Positions 1 through 14,514 are shown, numbered from the stretch's first letter. The stretch is 64,000 bases of DNA from Trichoplax sp. H2 (GCA_003344405.1 NOWV01000148.1:62001-126000), one strand, 5' to 3'. Translations and numbers: made by a program. The notes: generated by a model from the letters alone, not told the origin.

Positions 1-3000
1 TGCTTTAAAATCTTGTAAGATTGTACTGAGAGGTTAAGCATAACAATGTGAACTAATTTATTAAAAAAGGGCTGTTTGCAGTATCTAAAATTAATAAAAC
101 AACGAACGTGTTACGAAATAGCGAATCTCAGGATCTTTCTGGTTAAGCTTTGCTTTTATTAAATATGTTTATTCTTTTAATCAGATCTGACAGATATTTA
201 AAACTGGTTGTATCATACAAGTTGAGCTTAATTATTTGATTGAAATAGCAATAAATTGGCGTATTTCTCATTTCTTTTATTATTGAATGTGAATAATGCG
301 CCTAATCTGTATATTTTATTACTAAACTACTTCATAATAGAATGCACGCAATAATCTGATTGAGTTGGCCATAAATTGCCATAGTTATTTATTCCTCTTC
401 AATTTCCCAACTTAATTCAATGTAAGCAAATGCAATCAGTATGGTTTTATAGTATTCAAAAGTCATTATATTCGTAAGTAGAAGCTACACTGTCACAAAG
501 GCCAAAAGACCCTATCTGTACTATAAATTGATTTTTAAGCAGTTAATTTACACATTCAAAGTCTTGAGCATACACAATTACTTCAGTGACTTTGAATAGA
601 ATATAATAAAGCACTAATAATTTCATATAAATATCTAGAACAAAGTGAAGGCTGAGATAAATTCTACTGAGCATTCATAAACGTAATAGTCGAGTATGTT
701 TCAAATTGTCTAGCCCGATTGTTGCATATGTTATGGTGTTATGAACAATGAAGGCATCACTAAATGCAATTTTATTTTCATATGCCAGACTTTATGATAG
801 CATAAAACTAGTGAAATCTTACCTGGTACTTTCCAATTTTAAAACTGTGTGATTTGCACTGTCCCCAGAAAATAGCTTGACAATCTATTAAAGTGGTAAT
901 TTTGCATTAAGTTGAAATATATTACTGATACGTTAAATATGTATAAATAAATTTTAAAGCTATAAATGGAGATCTTTTCCTTATTCGTAAGTAAATTTTT
1001 ATGACCCTAATTAAATGAAGTAACCTTATTATGAAGGAGACGTTAACTAAGTAAAGAGATCAGAAAGTATAGACTTCATAATTGCATCAATATACTCGTT
1101 TCTTGTGCGCATATAATATTAATCAAATATTATAGTACTCATAACAACTTTGAACTAGTGGCATAAGGATTTCTATTATAAATTTTTAAAATTAATTTTT
1201 TTCTCGCTGATTTATCTTGAAATCTATTGTTATCCTGACTTAGCAATCCTTCAAAAAACGAAGCATAAATCATATCTAGACTTTCTCAGACAAGGTACAT
1301 AACATCTTGATCATACGCACAAAAGTTGTAAGCCGTATGATCATGACAGTAAATGAATATGCAGCTACTAACACTAGCTTCGAATTATATTTACTCGATC
1401 ATAGCAATACGTGACAAATTATTGGGAAGTTTAATATCGATCTTGATATAACGTAATTTTAACAGATAATAAACAACTACTGATTTGACGTTTTTGGTAT
1501 TCAAGAACTAATATTTCATTTTCAACGGTATCTGTAGAAGCTAGCACTATACTTCAAGATAATATAAAGCCAATAAATATGATATCGATTCAATTAAATC
1601 ATATACTCGTAAGAAGAATTCCACTGACGCTATATTGTAATTGATATATTACATATTTAAGTAAAGTTATCAAAATATATTTAAAGCTTCCAGTTATGTA
1701 ATCACGACCAACTATATAAGTCTAGAATAAAAGGATTAAAAAATTCATGAAAATAAACTAAATGTTCTATAGCATACAGTTTTTTGGATGTCTTTCGTTA
1801 GCTGTGGAGAAATATCAAAGTTTCCTGTCTCCCTTAAGGAATTGAACTCCAGATTTTTGATAACCAAGCTGCAATTCCAGTAAAGTCGTTTTATAGGGCT
1901 ATTGGTTGCACCTTCAATAGGAAAATAATTCATACGATTTTACGAATGTAAAAATGTTGTGGTTATAACAAGACCCAAATTTATCTGTGTTATAAGATGC
2001 CGTTAAGCTTCGCAAGAGATAATTCAATGATTAGCAATTTAACCAGTTTTGGTAGCGTAATTGATATTCTTATTATTGTTATCTAATAATTAAATGATTA
2101 TCACATAACCGAATACATCTTAAATTATTAGAAAAAAGTTTGTAGTTTGTAATACATAATATCTCTTATAATTAATATTACCTAATATATCCTAGCTGCA
2201 TGTATATCAATCAGTGTAATATACCAACGAATTAACGTGACAAAAAGGATTTTTTATTCAAAATGTATAGAGTATTTCAGTTAAATTATAACATTTAAGA
2301 CTTGTTAATTAATTTATCTAATTGTAAAATTCCTCAAATAATTTTACAGACAGGATTACTAACCGGCACTTGTTAGTCCCAGGAGCACCAATAGTAAAAT
2401 TGCAATCATTTTTCTCAATGCGCTCATATTTTGGCTTTCTTTACTGCGGTGATTATTGTAGCATTAAGAGAAATGAAAATAAATCTTGAGTAAGATCGCA
2501 AGCCCTAAAATATCGTCGTTACTGTACTGTAGCGCATATAGATTTCTTATCATACATGCCCTTATATGTATACAACTGGTCTGCTTTGGTGGAATAATTC
2601 ATTTGAAAATGACTATTTGACGTTAATAATAGATTATCTTGAAATGAAAAGAGTTCAAAGTTTAAAATTTGATGACGCTTGACAAGAAGACTTTAGCGAA
2701 ATACAAAACATCCTTGATATTGGTAAAATACGGGTAATTCAGTACGAATAGTTATTCACATACGTATAATTCTCATTTAATTAATGAATAGTGAATGAAA
2801 ACTAGCTCAATTGAGGCATTAGATATTAAAATTATACAATAGATAGAACGACAGTTATATTCATCCATTCTCCTTTTAAGTATAGCCAACAATGACACGC
2901 AGACATTTCAAATAGAAGAGCTAAACTCTTTTGTTGTTAAGGTTAAATATTGATGGATACTATTCCATGCGAAACCGTTTTTAGCCTCAATTAAGCTAAT

Positions 3001-3380
3001 TAATTTAAAGATATTTGTTAGTCTACCCATTCCTAAATTATTAGCGATGCATGATACTTGCTACCAAAATTAGCTGCTGGAAGGAATTCTGAAAATTCAA
3101 TTTTAATATGGAGTTAGGTAGTTAGGATTGTAGATCTCACGAATGCTTATTGGCTAGAATCATGTAAATACACGTAAAGCATTCTTTACAATTTCTGTCA
3201 ATTTTTAAGCTAATAAAAGGAATAAGCCATATCCTGGTGTATTTGCTTTTGACATATTGCCATAATCATTGTAAAGCAGAAATTATATTAAATGACCCAT
3301 TTGCGTAAGGTTACAAATATTGAGTTGCTAGATGATAGATTTTGCAGAGATTAAATTTTCAGAAGTTAGTCTTCCGACGC

Positions 3381-3806
3381 TGTTACAGTGGTATGGAAAT
3401 GTTCCGTGATAGGACATATCAGAATCTGACTATTTTGTATTTTTAGTCATTAGACGTCTGTGTTCGTAAATACCGTTGTCATTAGGCGGTGTTTCATTAG
3501 GCAGCACTAGGTAAAATTAGCTATTGATTCATAGGTAGGTTTCAATGTTTATATCACTAACTAGGATATCTAAACTATTGTAAAAGAGTATATAAATGCG
3601 GTATATCGCACAGTAAAGTTAATTCTTAACAATTAGTGTTTAACGTATAATATGAGGGGTCGAAGTCTTTGTGTAGTCTAATATTATATAATAATTATAG
3701 TAAAAAAGTTCATGATAGAGTAGATATTGCTCCCTGATACGCGGTTCAGGGGATTGACCTATTGATCGTGCATTACTTTACCTTGTAGCAAAGCTGTTTT
3801 GTCGCA
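3381..3806 (+). mobile_element. Solo LTR, family A, diverged and internally deleted variant
   Basis: Starts TGTTACAGTG, ends AAAGCTGTTTTGTCGCA; flanks GACGC/GACAC (5-bp TSD, 1 mismatch). Aligns to 13886-14514 but lacks about 230 bp near the 5' end. GAGTATATAAATG TATA retained. Confidence 0.85.
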
Positions 3807-5579
3807 GACACTAATAACGAATAAAGCTTTTACTTGAGGGTAATTCTGCGGTATATGGAATAGAGCACGATGCATTTACGCTGAAATTTCATTTCATCAT
3901 GTTTTAGCTTCCGCAAAAGCTTATCCAATCAATATAGAGACGTAGGCCTTTATTCACGCGATATCCTTAAACATTTATATCTGTTTCAAGAATATGATAT
4001 CAAAAAAGTTAGAGAATCGATCTTCTTAAATTTGTACGATAAATTACTTATTATGACATTTAAAAGAATTTTAATTAAAAAACTTAAACTTGGCCGTCGT
4101 AAAGAAATTACGGTACTTAACAAATTAAAATCTGCATTAGCTTATTGAACTTTGGTAACGTAATATCATTACAGTTTTCTTTCTAAACATGTAATTATAC
4201 TAAATTCTTTTAGGTATAGACTCGTCAGGTGAAATTGGAAAAAAAATCGAAGGAAATCAAATTCATTATATTTCTAGTTCGCATTCACTACTCGTATTAA
4301 ATATTTAAGAGCTGGTTAACACTTAGAGACCATATCTTAGTTTTTTCTAATTATAAAGCTTCTTGAATTTGGTAAAATATTCATTAGTTAATCAAATTAA
4401 TTCTGATGGATGATGAAAGCCTTGTCTTATGATGTGAAATAAAGACTAATTCATCCTATAAACTACTCAAATAGACTCATTAAACAACATCAAAATTTAG
4501 GAATATTAAATGAAAGTTAGTTTATTACTTAATAGGGTTAGAAACAATCTTTAACATAGTCAAAAATCTAACAACGCATCTACCTATAATTCTGCTACTA
4601 GCAATCCTGAATCGTAACACAAAACGATAACTTTTATAGATTCTTTAATAGCCTAATTTACAGTTATTTACTTAAATAATCCTTAATTTAATTCTGACAT
4701 ACAAGATATTGAATCTTCCTGTATTAATGATTTATATCAATCATAGGGCATTGATGTAATCGTCACTTTAGGTGCATACTTATTACTAGTCTTTAACAAT
4801 TTTACTCTTTCTAACAAATTCCTTTAATGGACTAATATTGTCCACAATCGAGATTTAAATTCTATATCCTCTATAATTCTCTACAGCTAATTACTAAACC
4901 TGCAGAAATTGTCTAGTACTAATACTGTTTTTATTTACAAAATACGCGGTTTCTATTTAAATGGGAATATTTGAGTTGAGTTATGAAAAGCTATAGATGT
5001 GTCTACCTTTATAAAATTTCTGTCTTTACGGTACATTGTTGTGTATTTAACGTAGAGTAAAAGAGCGTTTAAGTCAGTAGTTCCAAATAAACCTAAACTT
5101 TATGTTTCTTTCTCGCTGAGCATAAACTTTGAAACCTTGATTTTGGTATCCCTAGCTTAATTTAATCGAGTCGAAATCATCTGCGTGATAAGTAAAGTAG
5201 ATGAATAGGAGTAGGGCTTACAATCACTGTTAAGGCAATTATTAATTCTAGCCATATGAATAGGACCCTTTCTATTTAAATTATCTTAAACAATGGGCTG
5301 CTTACTTGATAAAATGAATTGTAATCCTTAACAACTAAGCTGATGTAATTACGTACTGTAGTAATCGATAGATTCTAAGTCGATTAACATTTATTATTGA
5401 GAAAAAATACGCGTAATGTTACCCGTTATAATTCATGGATATTTTGATGATCGATTGCTAAAATTTATCGCCAAATATGGAATCAAGATACAATCTTTAT
5501 ACCTTATTCAGGAGTCTAGACTACTATGGTGAATAGATTCAAGTTTTTAGGTCACAATTATCTAAATAGAAAGAATTTT

Positions 5580-6021
5580 TGTCACAAACCAGCTTCGTGA
5601 CATGGATAACGTAAAATAAATCTCGAAATTACTATAGTCTCCTGGATTCAGTATCATTTAACTACCTCACAAGAATTTAGACGCCTTTGATTCTACGTTA
5701 AACACAACTAGACAATTGAGAACTACTTTATTCAACTATCTGACGAGCTTACATACCCTTCTACAGCAGCTAACATTCACGAGTCATCTTATAAAAATAC
5801 TTAGGTGAGAACATCTACTAACTAATTTTTCACAGTCGGACTTCGGTATGTCCATTCACAGAATCATTTCAGTGCACATTACAGCACAGCATTAAATCTA
5901 CTGTAACACATTTATAGTTAGAGTAATTCCTATTGTAAGTAACTAATTGTAATATATTATCACTATATTATATTAACCAAATTTAGATAGCTATTTCTTC
6001 ACGTTATTTCGTACCGTGACA
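5580..6021 (-). mobile_element. Solo LTR, family B
   Basis: TGTCAC...GTGACA inverted ends; flanks ATTTT/CTTTT (1 mismatch). Highly similar to 60897-61342 and, inverted, to 18925-19337. Confidence 0.88.
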
Positions 6022-8243
6022 CTTTTATAAGCTTAAATTAGAATAGTGTAATTATTTCTAAAGTATGCCTATAACTTGTATCAATTGTTGTATCCCTTAG
6101 CAACAATTATCATACAAAATTTGTTCGTAAATAACAGTAAAAATTTTCAAGTTTACTGATTTTATAAATAAAGTCTTAGACAATGATGCTAATAATTTGT
6201 AGTATAATAAATTTTACTGATTGCAGATAAATTTGTATACCATAATTCGAGTAGGAGAGTATTATTATGAAGGCTAACCTTGTTAGTTGACGAACAGTAT
6301 TATGTCAGTTGTCGACTATTCAATATGATAGTTCATCGAGGTAAAAATTCAATTTAGGTACACCTAAAATATCCATGACCAAATACATAAGTTAAGCTTC
6401 GTCTAAGATTGATTATATTATTATTTCATCTACGAAAAATTTAGAACATTGGCTATATTCGAGTTTTTGACCAATCGTTTGATGGCTCATACATAATATT
6501 TAAAACTTTATAATTTCATTGGCCTCGGTCTAAATTGATACTTATTTCAGCTTAAGGTGCCTTAAAGATTCTCTGCTAACCTACCCTACGAGAAAACAGT
6601 TGATAAATACTATTATAAATGCTCGCTGAAATAATGAGCAGGTCTTTTCAATACAACGATTTTGATAGATCAAACTTTTAGAATCTAAAATTTAAGTTGT
6701 TTTATCATTGACTCTCTACCAAATTATTTACTGAATAGATTTAAATTGATATCAGTTACGGATTATACTAATAATAATTAATATAGCGTTTACTTGTGTG
6801 ATTATTAGTGTGCCTAATATATAACCAACGTTAAGTTCTAAAAGTAGTCATATTTTCTTATTCTCCAGACTATGAAATTATTTCATATAGTATGCACTTG
6901 AATTCGTACCGGTCTAGATTTTTATGAATAATTTATCCTGTATTTCTTTTTGTGATTTTCGAGATGCCTTAATATGCGAAATACTTTATATCTAAATAGA
7001 CGTTGAGCGAAAGATATCTTGAAATTAAAAGAACCAACTACTTCAAAAAAGAAACTAGCAGGTAGCTATTTGATTTAATGTATTTAACTGTGAATGATTA
7101 AATCATTACGAAATATTAAGCAATCTTAGCTTCCACTTTATGTTGTTAATAATAAATTAGCTTCTCCATTGATTAAAAATATGCACTACATTTATATCCG
7201 CGAAATTTAGTGGCGAAATGCAACTTAAAATAAGTACGCTATACGGTGAAATTCCAGATTTGAAGCGGGCTTCACTATGACAGATTCTGTGCCTTGACCT
7301 TTCCGTATTTATTCGGATTTTATTTATTGATAAAAGCTTCATATTAGCTGCGCTAGCAATTTGATCAATTAGTTACATTTTGTAAATAAGCTACCCTTAG
7401 TATTTGCAAAACATCTCCATTAAAATATCTACGTGCTACGTAAGTATAATTTATCATTTACTTAGCTGCTAAGGTGCTTTCCAATTTAATATAACACTAA
7501 AATAAAAGCTGCAATCAATAATGATCTCTAGAAAGAAGACCAAATAACTTATCGCTATTATAATATAAAATGCAACATAACTGTTTATTTTCTAATCGTA
7601 TGTAGCTCAGTGATAGAGAGAAAAGCAACAGCACTTTAACATCGAAGAGAGTCAAAAACTAAACTTTAGCATACATTAAATATATAAGACTGGATCAATC
7701 TGTTTTATTTCAAACATAAACAAATTGAATCAAAAGAAACATAACTTTAAAGGCAGCTGTTTATACCATAGAATCATCAAAGTAAAGTTTAACTATCAAA
7801 ATAAGTAACTCACATTGGTAATTTTGTATACTATCCACCAACTTATTATAAATTAAAAATTAAGGCACTATGTAATAGGTAATATTTGTCACAAAGTCCG
7901 AAATTTTAATTGTCAACTTTTAAATGCATCAAATATTGAAGCCGCTGGTAATGCTATTGAATTTTTTTAAAATTTCAAGCTAGCAGGCAACGAATGCATA
8001 ATAAATTTATTCAATTCATATGAATTATTTAGAAAAAGATTTGTCTGACCTGTACCTAAGCATCGGAAGATAATACTGTCCAGTTAATAAACAGTATTAA
8101 TTTTTAAGTAGAATTCTTCTATATTGGTCAATAAATCTAGCTAAATACCGTTAACTTAAACAGACATTGATAAAAATTAAATAATTTTCAAGAATTCCAC
8201 CGAGATTTATTAACTTTATCTTTAACTAGCTATTTTGTCATAG

Positions 8244-9854
8244 TTAGGAAATTAAATCCATTAACTGCTGATTATTAGTTGTTTTTGATTTTCGAATGCA
8301 CTGCTTCCAGACAACAGTAAAAAATACACTAATGATTAATGTGCCAATTAAACCCGCAACAACATATATTATAGCAAATTGATTGGATTGATTGCAATTA
8401 GGGATTCTCCGACAAGGTGCGTTGCCAGACATATCCATAAAACTATGAAAAGCTGGAGTGCAGCAAGAATCATTACAATTGCTTTGATATCCGCAATCGC
8501 ATTCTTCCCCTTCATCTATAATTCCGTTACCGCATATTGGATAATGCTGATTAATTAAGCACCCACGCTGCTTATTCCAACCTTTTGTGACGATGGAATG
8601 ATAAATTGCTTGTCGACTACACGGAGAAAATAAATAATTATTCATTTTTTCCCCACTAGAAACTGCTGCATGCATAAGATAAAACCCTTTTTCGCCAGTC
8701 GGTGAACATAACTTGGTAAAGTTATCGTGTTTAGAACCAAATATATGGCCAATTTCGTGGGCTGCAATCATTTCACGTAAAGGATAGATTAAAGTTTTAC
8801 TTAGTCGAGACACTGATAATAAACCTACGTTAGAACTGGACAGAACTCCATTGTCTTCATAATGATATTTAGTACAGATTCCTTCGTCAATTTTGTAGCC
8901 ACTGTTTGCAATTCCTGTCACTTGCTGCTTGAAATGATGATCTATGAATAGAAATCCCATACAGTATTGACTGTAGTTATAATAGGCCGTCCAATTATTG
9001 AAGTAATATGTTGGATTCGCTATCGGATCCAACCGACTAAAATTCGTTTTTGCTGAAATAGATTGGATAGCAATGCCAATGCTGTCGGCTTGTCCATCGC
9101 CATTAAAGTCAGTCTTCCTGAAGATTTGATTAACGCCTTGCAGTAATACCGAAATACCAATAAGAGCATGAAATGGATCGCCATAGCGTTGAAGAACATG
9201 CCGATCAATATCAATACGTGCCAAACAAGTATTATTGATATTGTTAAAATTATGATTCTGCTGTCTAGCTTGCCTCGTATTTAAATGATGATTGTAAGAT
9301 GCAAAAGATGAGAATAACGGATCATGTAACCATCTGTCGGAAGATTGAACATCCCTAGAAGCTCGAAAGCGTGAACTAATATCGATGTTGCGATAGATGA
9401 TGAACTGATTACCGTTGCTTGCTAATGAAGGAAAGAATTTTGCGTATTCGACGTAGTATTTAACACGATCAAGAGTGAAGACGCCTTGAAACTGACCAGA
9501 ATTATAGATGTATCCAAATGCTTCCGTTTCAGGATGTGATTGGATTGAGCCATATACAAAATGTGATCGATCGAAGGAAGCTATGGTGCTAGGATCAAAT
9601 TCTAATACTAAATCAGAATGAAATAGTAGTGACTGACTATGTAAGACTAACTTAAATACTCGATTATAAGCTTCGACTTGCAATTCAAACTGATAAACGT
9701 TGCTATGCTGATTGGAAGAATTGAACAGTGCTTTAGAATAAGAAGTAAACTTAGGAACTTGATAATCCTTAAGATAGGCAACCTTACCACTTGAGCATAG
9801 AAAAATGTCACAGCTGATTATCGTTATGACGAGGAGGAGCGATGATTTAATCAT
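8244..9854 (-). CDS. ADAM10/ADAM17-like membrane zinc metalloprotease (M12B), single exon, truncated disintegrin region
   Basis: The ORF track starts at TTG 9905; the first ATG (9854, MIKSSLLLVITII) gives a signal peptide. Contains a prodomain (GYIY..GQFQG..YYVE), furin-type site RQAR, zinc motif HEIGHIFGSKHD (8724-8759), Met-turn YLMH, FSPCS, disintegrin start CGNGIIDEGEECDCG, one TM helix and a short tail. AATAAA on - strand at 8206-8211. Confidence 0.92.
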   Translation of the reverse strand: MIKSSLLLVITIISCDIFLCSSGKVAYLKDYQVPKFTSYSKALFNSSNQHSNVYQFELQVEAYNRVFKLVLHSQSLLFHSDLVLEFDPSTIASFDRSHFVYGSIQSHPETEAFGYIYNSGQFQGVFTLDRVKYYVEYAKFFPSLASNGNQFIIYRNIDISSRFRASRDVQSSDRWLHDPLFSSFASYNHHLNTRQARQQNHNFNNINNTCLARIDIDRHVLQRYGDPFHALIGISVLLQGVNQIFRKTDFNGDGQADSIGIAIQSISAKTNFSRLDPIANPTYYFNNWTAYYNYSQYCMGFLFIDHHFKQQVTGIANSGYKIDEGICTKYHYEDNGVLSSSNVGLLSVSRLSKTLIYPLREMIAAHEIGHIFGSKHDNFTKLCSPTGEKGFYLMHAAVSSGEKMNNYLFSPCSRQAIYHSIVTKGWNKQRGCLINQHYPICGNGIIDEGEECDCGYQSNCNDSCCTPAFHSFMDMSGNAPCRRIPNCNQSNQFAIIYVVAGLIGTLIISVFFTVVWKQCIRKSKTTNNQQLMDLIS

Positions 9855-12800
9855 GGTAAAATAACCAGTTAAGATTATATTTTCAAAGTGCGAAATTAAG
9901 AGCAATGAAGGCAGCAGTAAAATTTAAAAGCTTGATATCAGCGATAAAATTGGCCTAGCCTACTTATAATGATTCGCGTAAGAATTTAGGAATTTACTAA
10001 GTATATCACCGGATCTTGGTACAATGTTGCTGTGGCTTTTAATCCTGAAAGAAGTTATTCGATCAATCTGAGCAATCTTATAATTTACGAATAATAAATA
10101 TAAGAACAACATTGAAAATTTAAAATAAAAGTTTGAATAAAACATAAAATTATATAAATATGATACAATTTGATAAATTAAGGTCTAACTTACAAAAGTT
10201 GAATTTGCTATAATTAACTATTTATTCCAATTGACGATATCAGATTAACATTTAATGAAGCAGCTGCAGACGTTGATCTAATTTTGTTTACTTAATGGAA
10301 TCAAATTTAATGGAAGGCGAATTACTTTAGATGAAGTGGACGAAAAACAGGTGATCAATTGCTACTGCCATAAGATTCTTGCAAACGTCTTTATGTTTTT
10401 GATCATAAAAGTCTATTCCAAGGCTCAGAAATAATGTCTTTGCAGCGAAAATACATTTGTGAAGTACGCTTTTATAGGTCAGAATGGCATGTTTGGTGTA
10501 GATCTAGATATGACAGTATTATATAATAATAGATGCCCTAGATAGCATTTGTTTCAGAGGTGGCAATTTTTAAATAACGTGAAATGTTAGCAAATGCCTT
10601 AAGCTAGCACTTAAAAAGTGCAAGGCTGAAGGAGTGCTAAACGCTTAAAGGAAGTGTCTGAATTTCAGTTTCTATCTTATTTATCCAATTTTAATTATAA
10701 ATTTCAATAGTAATCTTGATACTATTATAATTTATGTTCACTAGACTTTCTTACGAAAATTTTAAGAACTATAAACGAGATAACTACAAATACAAAGAAA
10801 AACTTGTGAATCAATTAATAATAAACACTTAGGGAACTATATTCATGAAAAATCGGTGAAATAATTGATGTTTTTGAAGACAGAAACTTCCTTTGGTATG
10901 AGAAATAGCCCAGTAAAATACTTTGTTTAAATGAGATATCGAAATTCAATTTTCTTTGCAAAGTATACATCACTCTAACGTTTAATAAAGTTCAAATAAG
11001 GATACTATTAAATCTAAGATTTCGAAAACCAAACCTTTTTTATCGATTTATTCAGGTATTTCATTAGCAGGTGATAATGAATGAGAACATGATAAGAACT
11101 ACAAGTTAATTCTGGTAATGCATTTTGGCATTAATGCAGCCCGAGGTGGATTTAAAATTTGTGAAATTGAGTAGAGTTAAAGTCGTTTCATTGATTGAAA
11201 ATTGGATAATATTATGAGCAGACATTAAGAAATTCTATATTAACAACTTCGTTTTAGCATTCCTTTCGCTATAACGTAAAAAATTGCGATATGATACCAA
11301 ATGAGGTAACTTTTACTTGTTCCAGAATATCGTGAACTCGATTTTGAATAATTAAATGAAGCGCGATGTAAATATTTCTATATAACCTGAAAAAGCATAT
11401 TAATTAACACCTGGCCTACGCATATGTCACGCATGATTACTCAGTTGGTAAAATATATTTCGAAAATATTTTAATGTTAAGATCAATAGATGTAAATACT
11501 ATTATCAGATCGCTTCATCGATTACTCAAACGAACGAAATGACGGAAAATGATCATGTTCGGTTAATCAATTTTACTTATTTTCTCAAGTACAATTTCGA
11601 TAATCATAGTTCCATCCAAAACATTGTCTCTGTTACCTAGATTAGAATAAAATTTTCTGTTCATAAATCCAAAAACAACTGCAAGTAGTCTACTGAAGCA
11701 TAGTTAAGACTGTATTCTGTATATGTGTCAAATTTTTTTGACAGAGATTCGTTTTCAAACTGAAAACTACCATAAAGCCTTATGAAGCCTCTATAGCCCA
11801 ATATATTCGATTCTTAATCAATTAATAACCTGTTAACATATGAGAGGGGTTCAATCTTAAAAGCTTATGGAATGAAAGCCACAAAATCCGATCTATTAGG
11901 CATAAATAGTTCTGAACCCGTAATTGTGAATTAATCAAGATTTATTAGGCTGTACTCTAGCTAGAGCAAATTGCAAAACATTTAAAGCATATTACAATAA
12001 AATCTCTCTGAACGCGCAAAAGATTAATTTTTAATTACGATCATAGACACATTGCCATTCAAAGCTGTGCTATAAATCTCTAAATTCGATTTGCGTTACA
12101 AAGCAAACTATTCACTCTTTTTAAATAAAAGATTATCTCACCATTGGATCAATAGGCTTTACTAATTCTGATAAGGTCTCAGATTGAAATCGATAATAAT
12201 AAGATTTAACCCTATCTTAGACAAAAAATTGTTCTTGAGGCTATAATAAGTAAAGGATACCGATGTAAAATTGCAATGTGTAATAATGGGAAAGCGACCC
12301 TGATTGCTTTCTTTATCCATGCTTTAAGGTTATTATTCCAATATGAGATAATTCATGTTACAGTATCAGTATGTCCTTTTTCGGTAAATTATTAAATCAG
12401 TATCCGTACAGCATATCACATCAAATAATATACTGAACTGTCTTTCTGTATCAGTTCCGTAGAAGATGCAGGTATGAAGTTGATCAACAATTTAAATTAC
12501 GAATTTGAAAATACTACATAGGATTATTGAGATCCAATCATTATTTTTCTATACATTTATCACGCAAGCTTGACGTAAGTCAATAAAATAGATTTCCATG
12601 ATTCCGCCGTTCTTTTTCGCCTATTTAATAATCAATACTGCTGCAATGTTTCCGTCCGTAAATAAAAAGGCGATAGCTGAATATAAACTGATTTCAATAA
12701 TATTGATTAAACAAATATATTCTTAATGAAAAGTAAAAAAGTTTAAGGAAGCACCTTATGTAATATAATATTAATGAATACAATTTTTAGTCTGGCAAAA

Positions 12801-13885
12801 TACTGTTCTTAAGAGGTTAAAATAAAATTGCCCTTATCTTGTAATGCATTTAGCTAAAGATAATTTTCTATTTATATTCTTAAATTTGCTTTTTACTGTT
12901 CTTAATTTATTAATATATTAATACCACATTTCCCCTTTAAGCTTATGATTGAACTATTACATTCTGATCATGATGCATAAGTAATCAAGCAGTTTTAAAG
13001 CACTCGATTGTCAGTATTTTATAGCGAAGTCTGTCGTCATAAAACTAGATGCACTAAGCAAACGAATATTCTATAAACGATGCTTCATTACGAATATCAT
13101 TCTACTTAGTAGAAATAGAATCAAGTCGTACGCTTCCTCAAAATGGCAGAGTAGAAATTCTTATAAGATGATTCACCTATTTCACTGTCTGACGCCAAGT
13201 TCAGAAATGTATAACGAAATATTTATATTGACATTGCCGGACTTGAGCAATGCACTCTTCCAGATTTCTTCTCCTTAGATTTGTAGGATGCTGAAAGTCG
13301 CAATCCAATATTCTACCCACCGCTTTTTCAATTACAATACTGCATAGTAGAAAGGATCAACCTTATGTGTAGTAAGTTAGAATAGTAATAGCTACGATAG
13401 AGCCATGGTAAAGATATCTAAAATATAAATTGCATGGTAGCTTCAACATTTTCTTCCAGACTGGAAAGCAGTACATGATTTATTGATCTTTATTGAGAGC
13501 CACTGATGAAATTTGTTATGTAGGTGATACAATGCGCTTAAAATAGTGTTAGTACACATTGAAGCTGCGAGGAGACTCTTATAACTAGTTTTCTACGTAA
13601 TTCCTTCCGTTGACCCAGTTTAGTAAGCAAAAGCTTTCAGTACGAGTCTAATTGCTTGCAATGAGGATAATGAATGATGTGGGAAAGATAGCCCTCTTAT
13701 TACGTTACAAGAGAAATAGATATAACTTAGAATAAAATGAAGGATGTGAAGTGATCAAACGAATGGTCATTTCTTTATTCCGTTTTTTGATTAATTGAAG
13801 ATTAACTATGAAAAGAAAAACTAGTGTAGTACGGTCTTAATATCACATACTCGTATATCAATACACTATGATGGTTGATTATCAT

Positions 13886-14514
13886 TGTGACAGTGTTATA
13901 TACTGTATTACAGTAGAAATATCTATGCTAGGATTATTCTGTTAGCCTATCCTATTTAGTTAACTTCTAATTTGGATATACTGTGTTTTAATATAGCACT
14001 GACTTTTTATGACAGTGATACATATACTTATACTGAAATTAACGGTTATAATACGGAATGCAAATCATCTACATACAGTTCCAATCGTTGTGATTGTAAT
14101 TTACTTATGATAGATTGTAAATTATCGCGGAAATGTTCCGTGATAGGACATATCGTGATCTGACTATTCTGTATTAGTCACCAGATGTCTATGTTCGTAA
14201 ATACTGTTGTCTGCATTAAGGGAGCAGTAGCTAAAATTAATATCTAATTCAGTAAATAATTCCAAACTTAATCGTACTAACTATGACTCATAAACTATTG
14301 AGGAAGAGTATATAAATGCAGTATATCGTGTAATAAAGTGGATTCTTAAACTTAGCGTTTAACGTAAAATACGAGGCGTTTAAGTCTTTGTGAAGTCTGC
14401 TAATAGAGCAAAAGTGTTTCCGATAGTGCAGATATCGTTCCTTGATACGTGGTTCAAGGAATTGACTTATTGATCGTACATTACGTTTTCTTGTTGCAAA
14501 GCTGTTTTGTGACA
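13886..14514 (+). mobile_element. Solo LTR, family A (about 630 bp, Ty3/Gypsy)
   Basis: TGTGACAG...TTTTGTGACA; flanks ATCAT/GTCAT; TATATAAA at 14309-14316 and AATAAA at 14332-14337. The same family is attached to a PPT and Gypsy RNase H at 34451-35686. Confidence 0.92.

Noticed and set aside
1745-1933. 62-aa ORF, and the other 60-79-aa ORFs in the track including those antisense to the four genes
   Set aside because: No recognisable motifs; many start at non-ATG codons; such lengths are expected by chance or as shadows of real CDSs.
7157-7342. LRR-like text (LYGEIPDLKRASL*QILCLDLS) on the + strand and the 61-aa - strand ORF
   Set aside because: Single short match with an in-frame stop and no supporting repeats or clear splice sites.
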